Shown here piece by piece: positions 9,693-18,462 of a stretch of 64,000 nt of DNA (the stretch's first letter is position 1; each line of letters starts with the position of its first letter). The notes beneath the pieces were generated by a model. That model saw only the letters and a program-made list of their open reading frames with translations, had not been told where the DNA came from and made no database searches. The translations under genes were made by a program, and so were the position numbers. Source of the DNA: Frankiales bacterium (GTDB lineage Bacteria; Actinomycetota; Actinomycetes; Mycobacteriales; SCTD01); assembly GCA_025465465.1 (NCBI GenBank), contig JAODND010000007.1:55102-119101 (forward strand), written 5' to 3'.

Positions 9693-11089
9693 GAGTTGTT
9701 GCCTCCGTCAGAGCAGTCGCCGTTGCAGCCCCACGTGCCGACGGACCAGGAGGACGCGGACCACGAGGACGCAGACCACGAGGACGCAGACCAGGACGAC
9801 GCGGACCACGAGCTGGCGTCGAAGTCGGCCTCGCCGGAGGCGTCCCCACTGCCGTCGAGAGCCTTGCCGTCGGGACCGGCGCACGGGGTCGTCGTGGTCT
9901 CCACGAGGCCGGCGCCATCGCGCTTGCCGTGGAGGTCACCGGCGGCGCAGCGGATCGCTGACTTCACCTGGAGCGCCGTGGATCCCGGGTTGGCGGCAAG
10001 GTAGATCGCGGCGAGGCCGGAGGTGATGGCAGTCGCCTGGCTCGTACCCGAACCGCGGAACAGCCCGTTCGCGAGGTGCTTGGTGGACGAGGCCCGCTCG
10101 ATGACGGAGCCCTTGGGCAGCAGTCCCAGCACGTTGACACCGCTCGCGACGACGTCCGGCTTGGCATACCCGTCGACGACGTCGGACCCGCTGAAGGGAG
10201 CCACCCGCCCGTTGTCGAGGTTCGCTGCGCCGACGGTCAGGACGCGCGGGTCGAAGCCCGGGTCCCCGACCTTGCCCGGCTCGTTGCCCGAGGCGACCAC
10301 GACGGTCACTCCCGCAGCCCGCACCTTTTCGACGGCGTCGGTGAGCGGGTCGGCTCCGTACGCCTTCTGCGGTCGGTCATGTGAGAGCGCGAGGTTGGCG
10401 ACGTCGACCTGGCTGGCGTGTCCCCGGACCCAGTCGAGGCCTCCGAGGACGCGGGACAGCGAGGTGGTGCCGTCGCTCTGGGCGACGCGCACGTTGAGCA
10501 CCGTCGCACCGGGAGCAACCCCGAGCGCCTTGCCTCGGGTGCCGTTGACCGCGGCGCCCGCGATCACGGAGGCCATGAACGTGCCGTGGCCGTAGCCGTC
10601 TTCGTAGACCCCACCGGTCCGGAGGTCGCCGGGAGTCGACGCGTCGACCGCGTCGACCAGCCGGCCCGAGGCCCGGTTGAGGGCGGGGGTGTCGGTGACG
10701 CCGGTGTCGACCAGGGCGATGCGGATGTGCGCGCCGGCGCCGGCGAGACCCGCGCTGCCACCGAGGCCCTGCGACGCGAGCCAGGCGCCGGACGTGTCGT
10801 CGTCGTGACGGCTGTCCAGCTGCACCGGGTTGTCGAGGTCGAGGCCGCGGACGCCAGGGGTCCGGGCCAGCTGTGCGAGCGCGGCCTCCGGGCCACGGAC
10901 GACAGCCATGTCGAGGTGCGGGAGCCGGCCGATGACGGTCACACCGGCGACGGTGCGGGGTGCCCCGTCGAAGGAGACGACGGCCTGAAGCTCGGGCCCG
11001 GCTGGGAGCGCCAGCAGTGCGCCCGACCCCAGGACCACCCCGACGATCGCGCCCGCGGAGGCGCGGCGTACGGCAGCTGATCGGGTCAC
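9689..11089 (-). CDS. secreted S8 (subtilisin-like) serine peptidase with repeat tail
   Basis: Catalytic motifs VDTGV, HGTFMAS, GTSQATA. N-terminal signal/TM. C-terminal (ASSWS)x5 tail. Confidence 0.85.
   Translation of the reverse strand: MTRSAAVRRASAGAIVGVVLGSGALLALPAGPELQAVVSFDGAPRTVAGVTVIGRLPHLDMAVVRGPEAALAQLARTPGVRGLDLDNPVQLDSRHDDDTSGAWLASQGLGGSAGLAGAGAHIRIALVDTGVTDTPALNRASGRLVDAVDASTPGDLRTGGVYEDGYGHGTFMASVIAGAAVNGTRGKALGVAPGATVLNVRVAQSDGTTSLSRVLGGLDWVRGHASQVDVANLALSHDRPQKAYGADPLTDAVEKVRAAGVTVVVASGNEPGKVGDPGFDPRVLTVGAANLDNGRVAPFSGSDVVDGYAKPDVVASGVNVLGLLPKGSVIERASSTKHLANGLFRGSGTSQATAITSGLAAIYLAANPGSTALQVKSAIRCAAGDLHGKRDGAGLVETTTTPCAGPDGKALDGSGDASGEADFDASSWSASSWSASSWSASSWSASSWSVGTWGCNGDCSDGGNNS
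9744..9818 (-). repeat. 5 x 15-bp in-frame tandem repeat encoding ASSWS
   Basis: Plus-strand units are gaccaggaggacgcg / gaccacgaggacgca / gaccacgaggacgca / gaccaggacgacgcg / gaccacgagctggcg. Confidence 0.95.
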
Positions 11090-11365
11090 GCGGTCCTCCT
11101 GAGGGCTGTGTTCGTCACTGCTTCGGCAGGCAAGGGGGCCGACTGCAGCCCTGGCGCGTCTTGTCAGCCGATCGGCCTAACAGGCTTCCTTGGGCCAACT
11201 GGAGCAACTTCCCGCTACAGGAGTGGCGCCGGGCAGCCGAAAGAGGGTGTAGATCGCGGGGATCGACCCCGCAACGAAGTGGTGGAGGACGCGGTGGCAG
11301 CCGGTCTCGAGGGCGCGCTGGAAAGCATTCCGGCGCAGGCTGGGGAGAACCCTGGCTTCTCCGCC

Positions 11366-11983
11366 ATGGTCGTGGACGACCACCCGCTGGTGCGGGAGTC
11401 GATGGTGAACCGCCTCAAGATGATGGGCGCTCGCGAGGTCGTCGAGGCAGCCACCATCGGTGAGGCCCGCGCCCGCGCGAACCTCTCCGGTCCGCGTGAG
11501 CTGTGCGTCCTCGACCTCGGTCTGCCGGACGGCTCCGGCCTCGACCTGCTCGCCGACCTGCGCTCCGCGGGCTGGCAGCGCCTCGTCGTGCTGTCCGCAG
11601 CCGACGATCCCTACAGCGTGCGCGCCGCTTTCGTGGCCGGCGCCCAGGGCTACCTGCTGAAGTCCGCCTCCCCCGTCGTCGTCGCCGACGGCGTACGCCG
11701 GGTGCTCGACGGCGGCGTCTACGCCGACCCGTCGGTCGCCTCGCTGCTCGCCGCGGGACTGCGTGGCGGCCCGGTCGACACCGGCGTCTCCGAGCTCTCC
11801 GGCCGCGAGGTCGAGGTGCTCCGGCTGGTGGCCGACGGTCAGTCCAACAAGCAGATCGGCGACGAGCTCGGCCTGTCGGCCCTGACCGTCAAGTCGCACC
11901 TGGCCCGGATCGCCCGCAAGCTGGGCACCGGTGACCGCGCCGAGATGGTTGCCCTGGCGATGCGCGCGGGTGTCATCCGCTAG
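11366..11983 (+). CDS. LuxR/NarL-family response regulator
   Basis: Receiver motifs (VVDDHPLV, LDLGLPDGSG) plus GerE HTH (LSGREVEVLRLVADGQSNKQIG); ATG at 11366. Confidence 0.85.
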   Translation: MVVDDHPLVRESMVNRLKMMGAREVVEAATIGEARARANLSGPRELCVLDLGLPDGSGLDLLADLRSAGWQRLVVLSAADDPYSVRAAFVAGAQGYLLKSASPVVVADGVRRVLDGGVYADPSVASLLAAGLRGGPVDTGVSELSGREVEVLRLVADGQSNKQIGDELGLSALTVKSHLARIARKLGTGDRAEMVALAMRAGVIR

Positions 11984-12049
11984 GTCGATCCGGCCTGACT
12001 CAGTAAGGTTCGGCCACCTCCCTCCCTCCTGCTCCTACCCGGAGTCTTC

Positions 12050-13180
12050 GTGCGCCTGCCCCGACGCGCGCTGATCGCTGCGACCGCCGCGACGGCGGCC
12101 TGTCTCGCCCAGCCCTCGCCCGCGGCCGTACCGCCCGGCCTGCACGTGTCGGGCAACCGGATCGTGAACAGCACCGGCCACACCGTCGTGCTGCGCGGGG
12201 TCAACCGCGCCGGCACCGAGGGAGGCGGCGACTCGAGCGGGGTGCCGGTGACGGCGGCCGAGATCGGCTGGCTCGGCAGCGACCACGCCACCTCCTGGCA
12301 CGCCGGTGCCGTGCGGGTGCTCGTCGGCGAGGCGCAGTGGACCGGGGCCTGCACGGCCCTGGCGGACCAGCCGTCGACCTACCGGAAGAGGATCGACGCC
12401 GAGGTCCGCTGGATCACCGCGCGCAGCATGGTCGCGCTCGTCGACCTGCACACCGGCACGGCCGGGTGCGCCAACGTCGGCCGGCACGCCATGCCCGACG
12501 CGCCGGTGGCCCAGCAGTTCTGGAGCTCGGTCGCGAGGCACTTCGCCGCCAATCCGCGGGTGGCCTTCGAGCTCTACAACGAGCCGCACTGGGTCTCGGA
12601 GCAGATCTGGCGAGACGGTACGCCGAAGGCGACCTTCCAGGACTGCGACCCGACGCTGCCACTGACCGCCCGGGTCGTCTGTCAGGCCACGCAGCCGAGG
12701 TACCGGGCCGCCGGGATGCAGGAGCTCTACGACCTCGTGACCAGGACCGCACCCGGCCACCTGGTGGTCGTCGACGCCTACGACTGGGCCACCGCGCCGC
12801 CCGTCCAGCTGCTGCGCGGCCATCCCGTCTACGCCATGCACCCGTACTCCTGCCCCGGTCCCGGAGCGTGCCAGAACGAGGGCTATGCGCACGCCAACCT
12901 CGACCTGCTCAAGCGCTGGGTGCCGATCGCGAAGAAGGCACCGGTCTGGGTGACCGAGTTCGGCTGGCCCTCGAAGGCCGGAGTCCGCGATATCGACGGC
13001 TCCGGCTACTACCGCGAGACGCTGTCGTTCCTGGAGTCCCAGAAGCCCGCGTGGGGCTGGCTCGCCTTCGCCTTCGACGGCTCGGACAAGGGTGCGTTCA
13101 CCCTCACGTCGGACACCTCCACCTATGCCCCGAACTCGACCGGCGTGCCGGTCTACCGCGCGTTGCGCCGATTCTCCTGA
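12050..13180 (+). CDS. secreted glycoside hydrolase family 5-like (cellulase family)
   Basis: Signal peptide; FELYNEP acid/base motif and VTEFGW nucleophile motif. Confidence 0.7.
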   Translation: MRLPRRALIAATAATAACLAQPSPAAVPPGLHVSGNRIVNSTGHTVVLRGVNRAGTEGGGDSSGVPVTAAEIGWLGSDHATSWHAGAVRVLVGEAQWTGACTALADQPSTYRKRIDAEVRWITARSMVALVDLHTGTAGCANVGRHAMPDAPVAQQFWSSVARHFAANPRVAFELYNEPHWVSEQIWRDGTPKATFQDCDPTLPLTARVVCQATQPRYRAAGMQELYDLVTRTAPGHLVVVDAYDWATAPPVQLLRGHPVYAMHPYSCPGPGACQNEGYAHANLDLLKRWVPIAKKAPVWVTEFGWPSKAGVRDIDGSGYYRETLSFLESQKPAWGWLAFAFDGSDKGAFTLTSDTSTYAPNSTGVPVYRALRRFS

Positions 13181-13202
13181 GGCCGCACGTAGTCTGGCCC
13201 GC

Positions 13203-14426
13203 GTGACCGAACCGGAGGAGCCAGAGGTCATCCCCCTGCTCGTGCCCCGCGAAGGGGTCCCGCCGGTCACCGAGACGGCCGCCGGCCTCGCCGAGGTCGT
13301 CGCCCGCTTCGCGGGCGGCACCGGACCGGTCGCCGTCGACGCCGAGCGGGCCTCCGGCTACCGGTACTCGCAGCGCGCCTACCTCGTCCAGCTGCGCCGG
13401 GAGGGGTCCGGCAGCGCGCTGGTCGACCCGATCGCCTGCCCCGACCTGTCGTTGCTCGGCAAGGTGCTGCAGGACGCCCCCTGGGTGCTGCATGCCGCAT
13501 CGCAGGACATCCCCTGCCTGGCCGAGGTGGGCATGGTCGCGCCCGAGGTCTTCGACACCGAGCTCGCCGGCCGGCTCGCCGGGTTCGAGCGGGTCGGGCT
13601 GGGCGCGATGGTCGAGAACGTCCTCGGCTACCGCTTGGAGAAGGGCCACTCCGCCGCCGACTGGTCGACTCGCCCGCTCCCGCGCGACTGGCTGGTCTAT
13701 GCGGCGCTCGACGTCGAGGTGCTGCTCGAGCTCCGTGACGCGCTCGAGGAGGAGCTGCGCTCGCAGGGCAAGCTCGCCTGGGCCTACGAGGAGTTCGAAG
13801 CGGTCCGGCTGGCTCCCCCCGCCCCGCCGCGGACGGATCCCTGGCGCCGCACCTCCGGGATCCACCGGCTGCGCACCCGCAGCCAGCTGGCGGGCGTGCG
13901 GGCGATGTGGGAGGTCCGGGACGCGATGGCCCGGCGCCGCGACACCGCCCCCGGCCGGATCCTTCCGGACGCCGCCATCATCAGCGCTGTGGCAGCCGCA
14001 CCCGCCACGCCGGCGGACCTGCTGGCGCTGCCGGTCTTCGGCGGCCGCTCGACCCGGCGGCACGTCGACACCTGGTGGGGCGCCCTGCAGAAGGCCGCGC
14101 TGCTGCCCGACGACCAGCTCCCCCAGCCCGCTCCGGCCGGCGACGGTCCGCCGCCGCCCAACCGCTGGGCGGAGCGCGACCCCGAGGCTGCCCGCCGACT
14201 GGCCCGGGCCCGCGCGGCCGTCGCCGCCCTCGCGCAGGCCCACACCCTGCCGGCCGAGAACCTGATCGGGCCGGAGGCCGTCCGCCGGCTGGCCTGGACC
14301 CCGCCTTCGCCCATCTCGGTGGACACCGTGACCGCCTGCCTGACGAAGTGGGGCGCCCGACCCTGGCAAGTGGGGCTGGTGGCCGCGGACCTGGCGGCGG
14401 CACTTCCCGAGCCTCCCGCCGAGTGA
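13203..14426 (+). CDS. rnd: ribonuclease D (DEDD 3'-5' exonuclease + HRDC)
   Basis: VAVDAERASGYRY, LHAASQDI and YAALDV exo motifs; GTG at 13203. Confidence 0.8.
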   Translation: MTEPEEPEVIPLLVPREGVPPVTETAAGLAEVVARFAGGTGPVAVDAERASGYRYSQRAYLVQLRREGSGSALVDPIACPDLSLLGKVLQDAPWVLHAASQDIPCLAEVGMVAPEVFDTELAGRLAGFERVGLGAMVENVLGYRLEKGHSAADWSTRPLPRDWLVYAALDVEVLLELRDALEEELRSQGKLAWAYEEFEAVRLAPPAPPRTDPWRRTSGIHRLRTRSQLAGVRAMWEVRDAMARRRDTAPGRILPDAAIISAVAAAPATPADLLALPVFGGRSTRRHVDTWWGALQKAALLPDDQLPQPAPAGDGPPPPNRWAERDPEAARRLARARAAVAALAQAHTLPAENLIGPEAVRRLAWTPPSPISVDTVTACLTKWGARPWQVGLVAADLAAALPEPPAE

Positions 14427-14857
14427 TCTCCCTCGAGCCGGTCACGCTGGAGCTGGCGCGGGCCGTCCTGTCCTACTCCGCTGTCGACGTGCCCCATGCC
14501 GGCGACTGGCCGCACGAGGACAGCTACGACGCGCTGCGGCCGTTCGCCGAACACGGCGGCGGCCTGGGCACGTTCCTGGTCCTGGAGGACGGCGTCGTCG
14601 TCGGCGACTGCGGCTGGTTCGGACCGCCCGACGAGGACGGCGAGGTCGAGATCGGCTACGGGCTCGCCCCGTCTGCTCGGGGCCGCGGCGTCGGCACCGA
14701 AGCGGTCCGGCTGCTCGTCGCCTGGGTCCGCGCGCAAGGCGCCCGGTCGGTGCGGGCCGAGGTGCTGCCCGGCAACGAGACGTCGCTGCGACTGCTGGCC
14801 CGGCTCGGGTTCGAGGACATCGGCGAGCGCGCGGGCCACCGGATCCTCGTCAGCTGA
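14423..14857 (+). CDS. GNAT family N-acetyltransferase
   Basis: RGRGVGTEAV acetyl-CoA loop; GTGA overlap with the rnd stop. Confidence 0.75.
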   Translation: MISLEPVTLELARAVLSYSAVDVPHAGDWPHEDSYDALRPFAEHGGGLGTFLVLEDGVVVGDCGWFGPPDEDGEVEIGYGLAPSARGRGVGTEAVRLLVAWVRAQGARSVRAEVLPGNETSLRLLARLGFEDIGERAGHRILVS

Positions 14858-15039
14858 GCGGAGCGTGCCCGCCGGGGGGTCACTGTCCCCGCCGGGCCGA
14901 TATGCGATCGCGCATCGGCATACCTGATCGCGTATGGCCTCGCGCACGACCCGCCTCCCGGCGAGCCGCCCGCGCGGCCGTGAAGGACTCGTGGCCGCGG
15001 CGTCGAAGACTGCCGGCGTAACACGCAGGAAAGTCGGCC

Positions 15040-17403
15040 GTGAGGAGAAGTCTCATCGTGCGCATCCACGTGGCATCGCTCAGGATCTCGCTGATCACCG
15101 CCCTGCTGGCCGGCCTCCTCGGTGCCGTCACCAGCTCCGCGGCGACGGCGCACGCGAGCGCGTTCACCGCGCACGGCAGCGCGAGGCAGGTCTACGTCAC
15201 GGGCCTGCCCGCCGGGGCCCAGGCGACGCTGCTGGACCGCGCAGGGCACCGGGTCGCCACCAAGCCGGCCGACTCGTTGGGGGGCCTGGTGTTCTACGGC
15301 GTCACGCCCGGGTCCGGCTACCACGTGCGCCAGCTGCCCCGTGGGCCGCAGTCCGGGCCGATCACCGTGCACACCGAACAGTCGGCGCCGTGGGACCCCA
15401 AGGTCTACGACCAGTCGGTCAAGGACCAGGGGTACGGCTACCTCACGACTCGTGACGGCACGCAGCTCGCGATCAACGTCTGGCCTCCCACCACCCCGGC
15501 CGGGCAGGGCACGCCCGCCTTCACGCTGCCGAGCGGGCTGCCCGACTACGCCCCTCCGTACCCCACGCTCATCGAGTACTCCGGCTACGGCTATGCCAAC
15601 CCGGCGGGCCCGGAGAGCGGCATCGCCGTGCTGGCCAACCTGATGGGCTTTGCCGTCGTCGACGTCAACATGCGGGGCACCGGCTGCTCAGGTGGCGCCT
15701 TCAACTTCTTCGAGCCCCTGCAGAGCCTCGACGGCTACGACGTGGTCGAGACGATCGCCCGGCAGCCCTGGGTGCGCGATCACAAGGTCGGCATGATGGG
15801 CATCTCCTACGGCGGGATCAGCCAGCTGTTCACGGCACAGACCCGCCCGCCGTCCCTCGAGGCGATCTCACCGCTGTCGGTCCTCGACGCCACCGCCACG
15901 ACGCTCTATCCCGGTGGGATCCGCAACGACGGGTTTGCCGTGGCCTGGGCCAAGGAGCGCCAGGAGCAGGCCAAGCCGGCCGGGCCGCACGGCGGGCAGG
16001 CGTGGGCCTACCAGCGCATCCAGAACGGCGACACCACCTGCAAGGACAACCAGGTCCTGCATGGTCAGGCCCAGGACCTGCTGGCCACCATCCGGGCGAA
16101 CGCGCACTACCGCCCCTCGGTCGCCGACCCGCTGGACCCCATCACGTTCGTCAACAAGATCAACGTCCCGGTGTTCATGGCCTGCCAGTTCGAGGACGAG
16201 CAGACCGGCGGTCACTGCCCCAACCTCGCTGCGCACTTCACCGGCACGAAGAAGAAGTGGTTCACCTTCACCAACGGCGCGCACATCGACTCCCTCGACC
16301 CGGAGACCTACAACCGCTGGTACGACTTCCTCCAGCTCTACGTCGCCCACCAGGCACCGGCTGAGAACGCCGCGGTGACCGCGGCGGCGGCTCCGGTCAT
16401 CTACCAGGCGGCGATGGGTCTGCCCCAGGACGACGTGGTCACGCTGCCGCCCGACCCGATCCAGACCATGCCCACCTACGACGCGGCCCTGGCCGCCTTC
16501 GAGAAGCTGCCCCCGGTCCGGGTGCTGTTCGACAACGGGGCCGGCAGGTCACCTGCCGGGCAGGCGACCGCCGGCAACCCCTACCCCGGGTTCGAGCACT
16601 CGTTCTCGCAGTTCCCTGTCCCTGGCACGGTTGCCCGGCAGTGGTACCTCGGGCCCAAGGGGACGCTCACGGACCGGGCGGGCGGCACGGGCGCCGACGA
16701 GTACACCTCCGACGCGAAAGCCCTGCCGCTCAACGACTTCGGCAGCAACACAGGCGGCGGCGGGCTGTGGGGCAATGCCTCCCAGTGGCAGTGGAACTGG
16801 AAGCAGAACCCGTCGGGCACCGCCGTTTCGTACCTCACGGCGCCGCTGAAGACCGACACCACGGTGATCGGCGCGGGCTCGGTGCACCTCTGGGTCCGCT
16901 CTTCGACCCCCGACGTCGACCTGCAGGCGACCGTCAGCGAGGTCGCTCCCGACGGCCACGAGACCTTTGTGCAGAACGGCTGGCTGCGCGCCAGCGAGCG
17001 CACGCTGGCCACCGGATCGAACACGATCTTCAAGCAGCCCAGCACGCTGCTCGAGCCGATCCCGAGCATGCTGGCGGCCGACGTCCGACCGATGCCGAAG
17101 GACGCGTTCAGCGAGCTGACCATCCCGCTCTACTACGAGGGCCACGCCTACCGCACCGGCAGCCGGATCCGCGTGACGATCGCTGCGCCGAACGGCACCC
17201 AGCCGATCTGGTCGTTCTACGAGACCCAGCCCAAGGGCACCGGCACGGTGTCGATCGCCTTCTCTCCGAGGATGCCCTCGAGCCTGGTCCTGCCGGTCGT
17301 CCCTGGCGTCACGGTGCCCACCGCGCTGCCCGCGTGCCCGAGCCTGCGCAACGAGCCGTGCCGGCCCTACACGCCGATCGTCAACCGGCGGTCGACGCGT
17401 TGA
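15040..17403 (+). CDS. CocE/NonD family hydrolase (S15 X-Pro dipeptidyl-peptidase-like), secreted
   Basis: VDVNMRGTGCSGG and GISYGG nucleophile elbow; signal peptide; AGGAAAG 8 nt upstream of the GTG. Confidence 0.8.
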   Translation: MRRSLIVRIHVASLRISLITALLAGLLGAVTSSAATAHASAFTAHGSARQVYVTGLPAGAQATLLDRAGHRVATKPADSLGGLVFYGVTPGSGYHVRQLPRGPQSGPITVHTEQSAPWDPKVYDQSVKDQGYGYLTTRDGTQLAINVWPPTTPAGQGTPAFTLPSGLPDYAPPYPTLIEYSGYGYANPAGPESGIAVLANLMGFAVVDVNMRGTGCSGGAFNFFEPLQSLDGYDVVETIARQPWVRDHKVGMMGISYGGISQLFTAQTRPPSLEAISPLSVLDATATTLYPGGIRNDGFAVAWAKERQEQAKPAGPHGGQAWAYQRIQNGDTTCKDNQVLHGQAQDLLATIRANAHYRPSVADPLDPITFVNKINVPVFMACQFEDEQTGGHCPNLAAHFTGTKKKWFTFTNGAHIDSLDPETYNRWYDFLQLYVAHQAPAENAAVTAAAAPVIYQAAMGLPQDDVVTLPPDPIQTMPTYDAALAAFEKLPPVRVLFDNGAGRSPAGQATAGNPYPGFEHSFSQFPVPGTVARQWYLGPKGTLTDRAGGTGADEYTSDAKALPLNDFGSNTGGGGLWGNASQWQWNWKQNPSGTAVSYLTAPLKTDTTVIGAGSVHLWVRSSTPDVDLQATVSEVAPDGHETFVQNGWLRASERTLATGSNTIFKQPSTLLEPIPSMLAADVRPMPKDAFSELTIPLYYEGHAYRTGSRIRVTIAAPNGTQPIWSFYETQPKGTGTVSIAFSPRMPSSLVLPVVPGVTVPTALPACPSLRNEPCRPYTPIVNRRSTR

Positions 17404-17406
17404 GCA

Positions 17407-18462
17407 TCAGCGTGCTGTGAGCAGGGCGTTGTAGAGCGTGAGCCCTGGCCCGAAGGCCATGGCCACCACAGGTTGCCCCGGCTCCGGGGGGTCGGCGGCA
17501 AGCAGCCGCTGCAGGACCAGCAGCACGGTGGCTGACGAGCAGTTGCCCACCTCGCGCAGCGTGTCGTAGGAGGCCTCGACCGCCGCTTCGGGCAGCGCGA
17601 GCTGCTCCGCGACGACCTCCACGATCCGGCGGCCGCCCGGGTGGATCGCCCACCGACCGACGTCGGTGGTCCTCAGACCGTGTCGGTCGAGCAGCGTGTC
17701 GATGACCGGTGCGGCGTGCCGAGCCAGCACCCCGGGGACCTTTGGCGACAGGCCCATGCGGAAGCCCAGATCCGTGACGTCCCAGGTCATGTGGTCCAGC
17801 GTCGTCGTGTCGGTGCGGGCCGTCACGTCGACGACATCAAGACCGGTGCGCGGGTCGGCCTCACCAGCGGGTACGACGACGACGGCCGCTGCGGCATCGG
17901 CAAACAGTGCGTGCGCGACCATCTGCTGCAGCTCGTCGGTCGCTGGCTGGATGTGCAGGCTCGTCAGCTCGACACAGAGCAGCACCGCCGGCTTGCCGCG
18001 CGCGACGACGTAGTCCGCGACGGCGCCCAGGCCCGGGATCGCGGCGTAGCAGCCCATGTGCCCGATGTGCAGCCGCAGCACGTCGGGGCTCATCCCGAGG
18101 TCGCGTGCCAGCAGGATGTCGAGGCCGGGTGTGGCGTATCCGGTGCACGACACGACGGCCAGCATGCCGATGTCCTCGGCGGCGACGCCCGCGTCGGCGA
18201 GCGCCTTTGCCACGGCCTCGTGGCCCAGGGGCAGCGCCTCCTCGACGAACCGGCGCATCCGGGCGCCCGTGCCCCAGCCGGAGACGTCCTCGACCCGCGG
18301 GTCGACCACCGCGTGCCGGGTGTCGATGCCGGCGCTGCGCCAGACCTTCTCCGCCGTTGCGTTCCCGCCGTAGTGCTGGGCGAAGAACCCGTCCCACACC
18401 TCGGAGTGGTCCATCGCGGGGGGCAACGCCGCCCCGTGTCCGACGATCCTGGCCGTCACCAT
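17407..18462 (-). CDS. type III polyketide synthase
   Basis: Cys-His-Asn triad contexts VVSCTGYATPG, WAIHPGGRRI, GNCSSATV; ATG at 18462. Confidence 0.85.
   Translation of the reverse strand: MVTARIVGHGAALPPAMDHSEVWDGFFAQHYGGNATAEKVWRSAGIDTRHAVVDPRVEDVSGWGTGARMRRFVEEALPLGHEAVAKALADAGVAAEDIGMLAVVSCTGYATPGLDILLARDLGMSPDVLRLHIGHMGCYAAIPGLGAVADYVVARGKPAVLLCVELTSLHIQPATDELQQMVAHALFADAAAAVVVVPAGEADPRTGLDVVDVTARTDTTTLDHMTWDVTDLGFRMGLSPKVPGVLARHAAPVIDTLLDRHGLRTTDVGRWAIHPGGRRIVEVVAEQLALPEAAVEASYDTLREVGNCSSATVLLVLQRLLAADPPEPGQPVVAMAFGPGLTLYNALLTAR

Noticed and set aside
9744-9818. Possible CRISPR-like or minisatellite array
   Set aside because: The units are contiguous 15-mers without spacers and sit in frame inside a subtilase ORF. 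This is a coding tandem repeat, not a CRISPR. No CRISPR array is visible anywhere in the window.
11090-11365. Small ORFs and a GCGGGGATCGACCCCGC stem in the protease/regulator divergent region
   Set aside because: The stem is only 6 bp, and the candidate ORFs (e.g. the start of the 11108-11983 track ORF) lack coding character. The receiver domain clearly begins at the ATG at 11366.
14858-15039. Regulatory palindromes (GCGATCGC-containing) and a GC hairpin after the GNAT gene
   Set aside because: The repeats are short and imperfect (one mismatch in a 10-bp stem). They cannot be distinguished from chance in this GC-rich DNA without comparative data.
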